Both the position numbers and the translations under genes were made by a program. This document shows, piece after piece, positions 34,827 to 42,301 of a stretch of 42,301 nt of DNA. The notes below the pieces were generated by a model. It worked only from the letters and a program-made list of their open reading frames with translations. It was not told the DNA's origin and made no database searches. Origin of the DNA: Klebsormidium nitens (Eukaryota > Plantae > Klebsormidiophyceae); assembly GCA_000708835.1 (NCBI GenBank), contig DF237650.1:1-42301 (forward strand), read 5' to 3'. Position 1 is the stretch's first letter. Each line of letters starts with the position of its first letter.

Positions 34827-37800
34827 ATGACGAAGTCGGTGCTCTGTATCTGCACGTCGCACGAGCAGCTCGGCTCCAGCGGGAGGAAGACGGGGCTATG
34901 GTGAGCGCGCGCGCGCAATGTCAGAAACAGAACTAGCAGTAGATTCCTTAAGCTCTGAAGCCGGACCTTCTTTGCTTCTGTACACAATAGTCAGAGGTTC
35001 TAGAGATGTCTAAGGGCATATTTGTGCTTCTTCGCATCCTTCCCCTCCTGTTCGTCTTTGTCCTCTGTGTCAGCTTGACGAGTCAAGATGCGAACGAACG
35101 AAGTCAAGCCGGTTGCGCACAGAGAGGATGCAAGAACCTCGATTGCGAGCAGAGTTAGATTTCCTGGCCTGGCTCGTTTGTCTTTGGCCCTGAAACTGCC
35201 ATGCCCTCGTGCACTGTCCTCCAAATTCCCACTAGGGCCAGTCATCTAAGAGCATAAACCGGCCTGCATCCGTAGAGATCAAGCCACCCCCTGCATTCCG
35301 TCGAGCATCAAGACTTGTACGAATGTTATGAGAGAAAATTTCAAAGCCAAGACGTCTTCGTGCATGCAGGCTGGAGGAGCTTGCGGCGCCCTACTTCAAG
35401 TTCAAGGAGGCCGGCTACAAGGTCAAGATCACCAGCGTGAAGGGGGGGAAGGTCCCGCTGGGTAAGACTCAGGTTCATACCCCCCCTGAATTAATGTTTC
35501 GCACAAAGAGGCCGAGGAACTCTTTGTCCCATTATGCAGCTTCCCGAGAATCGAGGCAGGATGTTGTCGACAAGCGAGTTCTTTTGAGACCAGAAAAAGT
35601 GGTTGAAAGAGGAGCCATTCTGGACTCAGGTTGAAAATCACGCAAGTGTTCAGGATAGGGTGGATTGTGTAGCCCCGAACGAAAGACAAGTGGATTGAAT
35701 CAGGGACTGCTCTCTGGCTGGGGATTGGACTCAAGCGGGATTGTTTGTTTTCAACTAGAGAGGGTCAAGTCGGAGAGATCGAACCTCACCGCGTGCAAGA
35801 TCAATGGTTCTTCCCGTCTTCTTGTGCGCAGACCCCCGGAGCCTTGAGGAAGACAGGAAGGGGCCCCACAGCAAGAAGTTCCTCGAGAGCGGTGAGGGGG
35901 CCCTCCACGATGACGTCAGCACTGGCTGCATGCTGACGCAAATCTGAATACCAGAGCGGAACCTTTCTATAATACGAAGCAGCTCGGATGGACTATCTTT
36001 CGTCGCTCCGAATTCGAGCTGCCAGTCTCCAGTTGGAAAGGAACTCAACTCTAGAAACGGCGGTCATATGCAAGACTCAGTGGGATTATAGAAAGCGAAT
36101 GAGAAGATTGCAGATCGACGATCTCGTGCCGCGCAGATGAGACCAAGAACCTGCTCAACGACACCGAGTCGGTCAGAGACGTCAAGGACGTATACGACAT
36201 CCTCTACCTGCCGGGTATGGGTACACTCTCCCCTTCTTTTAGACTGACGATTTCTGCATTTCAGACCAGAAAACACCCTCTCTTTGCCACAACCTAAGCG
36301 CGCTGCGAATGACAGAATGACCTGACAAGTCGAATCTGACAGCTTGCTTCCAAACGGTTCAAACCAAGGACACTGGTTCTCTTTCTCCCCGCCCAACATC
36401 CTACTCTTCTTTTTCCCTTCTTCTCTTTTCCCCCCCTCATCTCAGCAGTCAAAGATATGACGCCACCGGAAACTTGCAAAGGCTCATTCTCTGCTAGTCA
36501 ACACTGCAGACTTGTAGGCCGTCAGACGGAACTTGTGGCTTCACACGATTGTGCGAAGACGCTGACCTGCCCGCCCAATCGAAAATTCCAATCCCTAGGC
36601 TGTCACAGCCGCCTTCGTACTCTTCAAAAGCTCGGTGTCAGATCGAGAGGTCAAAACGCCGGCGAGTCTGACCGCCCGGTTGGCCATCTCTACGCTGTCA
36701 CCAGCGCCTTCTTTACCCTCGGAGAACTGAAATTCAGGGCAATCAGTGTCAGAGAACCGGCCATTCCTGACCGCCCGGTTGGCCGTTTTCCAGGCGGGCA
36801 CGGCACCATGTGGGACTTCACGACGGAGCCGGTGAAGGAGACGGTGAAGCGGCACTACAAGGCGGGCAAGGTGCTGTCGTCCGTCTGCCACGGCCCGGCG
36901 GGCTTCATCAAGCCGGAGGACGACAAGGGGGAGCCCATCGTCAAGGGCAAGAAGGTGGGCGCGCGCGCGCGTCTCGGGAGGCGTTCGGAGTGAATTGCGC
37001 AGATCGGTATTGGGTTCAGTGTGGATCGGTCTCTGTATTTCATCCGTACGTCCGAATCTTGCAAGCACGGAGTCGTGGTGAGTCCTGGAGGATATTCCAG
37101 TACTCAGAAGCGTTTTGCAGTTTTTTCTGTCGCTGGAGGTGTGGAATCAGAGCTGGCGTGGGGGAGGCTTCGCGGCGTGCATTCAATGTCGAGAATCCTT
37201 GAGAGAAGATCCACTGGGTTATATCTCAGCAGACTGTGGCAGGAGGCTTTCGTTTGCAAGTGCACGGTTCCCTTCTCGACACTCTGAACGTGCGGTTCCT
37301 CGCAAACAAGAAGAAAACTTGCGGGTGATGATCTCAGATTTGCCACGCGTTGTGACTAAGCGGTTGAAAAACAATCAAACAGACAAACAGGGCGCCTTGT
37401 AGGATCCAGCCCTAGGAAATCCCACGAGCCCCAAGCCTCTGCAACGCGAAATCTTTAAACTATCCCAATCGCCTCGCAGGTGACCAGCTTCAGCAACTCG
37501 GAGGAGAAGTCGATTGGGGACATCGACGCGGTGCCGTTCCTGCTAGAGGACGCGCTCAAGGAGAGGGGCGCGCTCTACCAAAAGGGGCCCGACTGGGTGA
37601 GCCGAAAGCGTCAAAATCCGGTTCCTCTTAACGGGTTTGGGTAACGGGCAGTCGGATCAGGTTACTTCTGTCTAGGCCGCTTCAGCCCGCCACCATAAGA
37701 CTTGGAACAACCCTTAACGAACAGATTACAAGAATGAATTCCTTGGTCAAGCGGCGGCTTGAAAATCACTGATAGGGACCGTATGGGTTCGCGGCTACAC

Positions 37801-38364
37801 ATTTTCACCTGATCTTAACTCGGCTCCTTGCAATCGTGCTTGATTAACGGGCGATCCAGGCATCTTACTTGATCAATGGGCGGTTCATCAGTCTGTGGAC
37901 TCCTCGAGCCGGCCCCCGAGAAATCGACTTCGCTTTTGACCATGATTGGTCAGCGGACAATTCGTGCTCTTGATTTGTCGGTTTGTGTAGCAATGGGGCG
38001 CCTGACAAGTAACTAACCGGGACTGCGACACGGGGGGCCCAAGCGAGCAATCCTTGCAATCAATGGCGTTTGAAGACTACGTGCGTTTAAGGATCAAGGA
38101 GCGAAGTCGGTTAATGGCCGGTTACGAATACGTGTGGAAAGCGACTTTTGGGACTTGCTTTTGCCTCTGTCAGCTTGCTTTTGCCTCCAGGTTGAGTGTG
38201 AGAACTCAAAAAGCATGATTGCTCGTATGGACCAATTGCTAACCGCGAGCGCCGTCTTTGCGCAGGGCTCCTTCGTGGTGGTCGACGAGCCGTTTGTGAC
38301 GGGGCCCAATCCGCAGAGCGCGGAGGAGGTCGGCGAAGCGACCGTCAAGCTTGCCGGCAAGTAG
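34827..38364 (+). CDS. DJ-1/PfpI Hsp31-like protein, paralog B, about 226 aa, 7 exons
   Basis: Exons 34827-34900, 35370-35461, 35832-35891, 36137-36214, 36794-36954, 37480-37596, 38266-38364. Motifs KTGLWLEELAAPY, YLPGGHGTMWD, SVCHGP, VTSFSNSEE and VTGPNPQS. Intron positions and phases are the same as in paralog A. Confidence 0.92.
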
Positions 38365-39480
38365 CGGGCGTCGCCTCTGCAAGGCTGCCAGTAGTAGGTG
38401 CGGACCGGCGCGGATCTGCAGCGTAGAGAGTAGGAACAGAAGAGAGTGGGCGGCAGTCGTGTATAAAGGAGAAGAACTTTGATCCAGCGTGCGATTTGAA
38501 TCGGCCCTAACAAGAAAAAGCTGCCGCTGATCTCCATATTAACGAGAAAGAGAAAGGCCACTTTCTCGATCCGAAAAGACGAGCTCTTAAACCTCGGTTT
38601 CGTTTTCTGTTGATAACATTTCCGGAGCCCAGACGCCTTGGGCGGCAAAGCTTCTAATCAAAAGCTTAATCAATGAGACTTGAAAGCAAGCCGATGGCTG
38701 TTGCCTTCAAACGTGAGCGCACATGTCATGCATGATCTCATCAAGGGAACTTAGCTCTGCGCACGACCGACCTTGTCATTAGCAAGCATACCGGCATACT
38801 GTGGAAAGAACCATAAGCGTTAGTCTTTCGAGCGGCATCTGCATATCGTATGCGACGGTGGGCCAATTGGCCCACCGTCGTTAATGTCGTTAATGTCGTC
38901 ATCAATGTCCGGCCCGTCGTCCAGCCAACTACGACCACTAAAAGCTCTATAGACAAGCCTAGCGCTGTGAAACCATCGGGGCCCATGTGAAAAGCATACG
39001 GTTAGTACTGCATATACTAACCCATGCATGTGTGCACGACACTCAGTGCATGTCAATATTTCTGGAATGTTTCTACAAGTTCAGAATAATCTACGTCGGA
39101 GTTCTTTTGGATGCGCGTAGATGACTTCAATAGCATATATCAGAACTTCAAATGCATATCAGAACGTACAATAGCGGCTGCCTGGCGCGACTGATGCATT
39201 GAATTCAAATTGAGATTTGCCGACGGTTCGGACAGTGAGTTGCACGGTACCCAATGCAAGGCGACAGACAAAGATGTAAATGGGCACTGACAACTAAATC
39301 AGCCCTTTGAAACCAATTGATTTGGACTGCAATCAATCACGTGCAACCGACTAAAGCTACCCTGTTTGTTAAGTACCATATGTACAGTTGGCACTTGTTG
39401 TTGAAAGATGGTCGGCGTAGGATTGGGAACTAAACATTGACTGAAAAGACGGTGTACACTGAGAGCTTGCAAGCTGCTCG

Positions 39481-41251
39481 TTACATCCAACCATCCCCGC
39501 CCCCCCAGTATGGATCATCCAACTGTTTTACGATCAGCCTGCTGTACCCGGCTGGTATGGCCGCTATGCACGTCCGCACTATCCCTGTCGACCGACTCTT
39601 TACCTCTGCATCCGCTGCACCCGTTTCTTCTTTCGTTATCTCCATCTGGATGCGAAAAGCAGACGTTTCAAAACACACTTACACAGACCCAGAAGACTTT
39701 AGCTTACGAAGAACGTTCTTGCATCGGAACCAGAGAGTAGAGTATATACTTGTCCCTGGTTGGATTCGGTAGATCAGGATGACATTGCCATCTTGCGTTC
39801 TTGGAGCATATTCAAAATCGTTTCTGATGGCGGCCAAATATTCAGTGCAGAATTCCGAGGACAAGCTCAGTAAGTTGTTGAGAATCAACAAATTCTGACA
39901 CAAGGCGTTGTAGATCCCTGCTGCTCTGGGCTCTTGAATGCTCAAGTTGAAGGACGGATACACAAGCTGGCAAGGGAGACCCAGACCCACCTCGCAGGTT
40001 CCGCATGATCCTGACAAGCAGCTATGCTGCACAGAGATGCCGCAGCGCTCCGCGACCTGCACAATCAAAAACCTCATTTGGCCCTGAAGTCTTGAATTCA
40101 ATCGATGAGACTTAGAGAAGAACGTCGAAACCGTGAAAGAAAGTCTAAATCATGCATGACTTGGGAAAAAGAATACAGACAACGTCTCTTTGATCCTGGC
40201 GATCGGTTGCGCCGCAAAACACGGCTTGATGATATTGGAACCAAGATAAGCATCTCCAAGTGTCTGAGATTGTTGTATGTGCTTTTGCCCAGTCAAATCA
40301 TCACAGACCGCAGATTCATTGGGGATGCAGCAGCTTGGATCAGCTTTCAGAGCAAATAACCTTTCAAATCACATTTCCAGAAAGTCTCCTCCAGCTTAAT
40401 GAAGGGAGAGAGCGTACCTGCATTATGTTTTCACCCACTTGTGCTCTTGTACACACACCTTCCGTTTCAAACTCTACCAGGACCTCGGATCTTCCGGGAG
40501 GGGCCTCATGCTGTCAGAGGAAGAGTTGCATTAATAACATAGTCTCAAGGGGAGTGTCTGTTTGGGAACTACAAAAATACTTTTAGCTAGCCAGACGCTG
40601 GTTCCCAACCAGTCGGCCACAGACCACGATTTCGACTTGTAACCATCAGAATCTCCATCACACGGTGATCTCCCCTAGATCCTCATAGAAGCATGATTGC
40701 CAAGCTCCCCCTTAGCTCTCTTGTTGGCGGCAGAATTTCACGCTGAAGGTACTCTCACCCGCTTGAATCGCATGGGTGCTAAACTGGAGGGCTCTACTCG
40801 CATCGATCAGAAGGCAACTTTGTGGGAACCCTTCAAAATCATCCCCTTCAAACTTCAAAAACCCAGAACTCAAGAAAAGAGCTCAATTTCATGAATCAGA
40901 AAAGGTGTGCCTGTTCGAGGACTCACTTGTTGAGCTGCAGCGGAGACTTTTTGCCGTGCTCGTGATCCAGCCCCCCGGGGTGAACAATAAAGATGGTGGT
41001 GGTGGTTCACCTGGGGGTAAATCCTGTTACGTTCTAAGAACATCTTGTCTCACAGAGCATTTGCAAACTGCATATGAGGAGCTTCCTGCTTCACGCAAGT
41101 TGGACGGAGTGGGACAGAACCCTTCTCTGACAGAGAGCACCTGAGCGGTCTTCTGAAAATACTCACCACTCACGTTTTGGAGCAGAACATGACGCCTACG
41201 GGAGAATTCTGCTTGGGATAGGCAGCCAGCATTTGCCACCACCGTCCCCAT
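39481..41251 (-). CDS. Small 2Fe-2S ferredoxin-like protein with putative plastid transit peptide, about 161 aa, 5 exons
   Basis: Exons 41251-41174, 41010-40927, 40510-40418, 40056-39991, 39645-39481; all phase 0. An upstream in-frame ATG exists at 41407. GENIMQVAERCGI, C-x4-C-x2-C (CLSGSCGTC), a distal RTC, and a DDPYW end. Confidence 0.85.
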
Positions 41252-41518
41252 CGAGCGTTGAAGGATGCCGGGATTGAGCACTCTTGGAAACAATGAAAGA
41301 TTTGAGGGCCGACTGCAATAGAAAAGCCAATCAATGTCCAAACCGTGCGGCTGCGGGATCGTGGATGAGACACACGGCTGAGACATTGAGTTGGAGGGGG
41401 ATATCATATTGATCGCTTTGACTTCCTGTTTGAAGACGAGAATGGCCGACCTTCAATGCTACCATGCCGCCCCCATGAGTTTGGCAGGGGCTACGAAATT
41501 GTGCTGGGCTTAGCTCAC

Positions 41519-41549
41519 TTTTCAGGGTTTTAGGGTTTCGGGGCTAGGG
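41519..41549. repeat. Degenerate telomere-like / telo-box repeats
   Basis: TTTTCAGGG TTTTAGGG TTTCGGGG CTAGGG, i.e. AAACCCTAAAACCCTG on the minus strand, upstream of the ferredoxin gene. Confidence 0.5.
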
Positions 41550-41836
41550 CATATTGGTGGCCATGCCCCCGCCATGCCACACACAGAGCAATTGACTCCT
41601 GAGTCACCTTGTGTCACGTGTGCAAATGTGCCATAATGGTCCTGAAACAGATCAAATTAACAAAGTTAGTGTTGAGATGTTACAACTTACCATCCTTGAA
41701 GTGATGCAATACAAATACCGTAGATAGTAGGATGGATAGCAGAGTGAGCTTGAGAGGCTACGCCTGTATAGTACGTGAGCCAGCTGCGTGCATTCCGCAA
41801 TATGTTGAAGATCAAAGTCGAGTGGCAATGATACTA

Positions 41837-42147
41837 CCGTAGTGGAACGTAATGATTCCGAATGGTCAAAAATTACAATTATTTTATCGAATACGACCTC
41901 AGCTTCTCAATTAATTTCTTAAATACGACCCCAAATCCGAATTGGGCCGGAATCGTCCCCCGAGCGCTTTTCTGCCCCACATTTGTTTGTTTTCTACCGA
42001 CCGGTTGTACTTTTTTTAAATCCGAACGCCCTTTGAGCAATTATTTTTAGAATGCAAAAATCCACTTTCCGAACCCAAAAATGAGTTTCTAACTTTCCGA
42101 CGGCAAATAATTATTTATTTATTCGGAATCATTACGTTCCACTACGG
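41837..42147. mobile_element. Tc1/mariner-type MITE, 311 bp
   Basis: Perfect 27-bp TIRs CCGTAGTGGAACGTAATGATTCCGAAT at 41837-41863 and 42121-42147, flanked by TA on both sides (41835-36, 42148-49). AT-rich non-coding interior. Confidence 0.9.
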
Positions 42148-42301
42148 TATTGTTAGTTGAGCAGCGGCGAACATGTTCCAAAGCAAATGTTAACCACATG
42201 TTAACCCGAGTCCATCCGATCGTTCTTTCAATTATCTGGCTCATGACTTATAATTGCTTTGTCCGCGGATGAACGCTCTCCTATATTTATCCCACGACCG
42301 G

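Noticed and set aside
35006-35158. ATG plus signal-peptide-like stretch (MSKGIFVLLRILPLLFVFVLCVS) in intron 1 of paralog B, considered as an alternative secretory first exon
   Set aside because: No phase-2 GT donor in frame to join exon 2, and it ends at a TAG.
1-42301. CRISPR arrays, rRNA, tRNA, autonomous transposase or reverse-transcriptase genes, and an msrQ partner
   Set aside because: None recognised by eye on either strand; tRNAscan, Infernal and HMM searches would be needed to exclude them.

Overview
Intron-rich eukaryotic genomic DNA from a photosynthetic green-lineage organism. The gene content, GT-AG introns and GC-rich exons suggest a streptophyte alga such as Klebsormidium, but that is inference. 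I assembled eight spliced genes by hand, checking splice phases: APH-1 (+), a ZnT5/MTP12-type zinc CDF transporter with a very long His loop (+), a bacterial-type MsrP/YedY molybdoenzyme (-), a RETICULATA-RELATED RER5/6-like protein (+), a type II DnaJ/Hsp40 with a 1-nt frameshift (-), two tandem Hsp31/DJ-1-PfpI-type paralogs (+), and a small cyanobacterial-type 2Fe-2S ferredoxin (-). Three non-autonomous TIR elements with target-site duplications are present: hAT-like, Tc1/mariner-like, and an unusual TG..CA element with a 6-bp TSD. The best candidate for new biology is the intron-containing eukaryotic MsrP. It keeps the catalytic motifs, has no adjacent MsrQ, and carries an acidic N-terminus with a dileucine motif and a membrane anchor instead of a clear Tat signal. 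It lies near other protein-damage and stress genes, including an Hsp40/Hsp31 divergent pair that shares a perfect heat-shock element. All protein identifications are by recall of family motifs; no database search was run.
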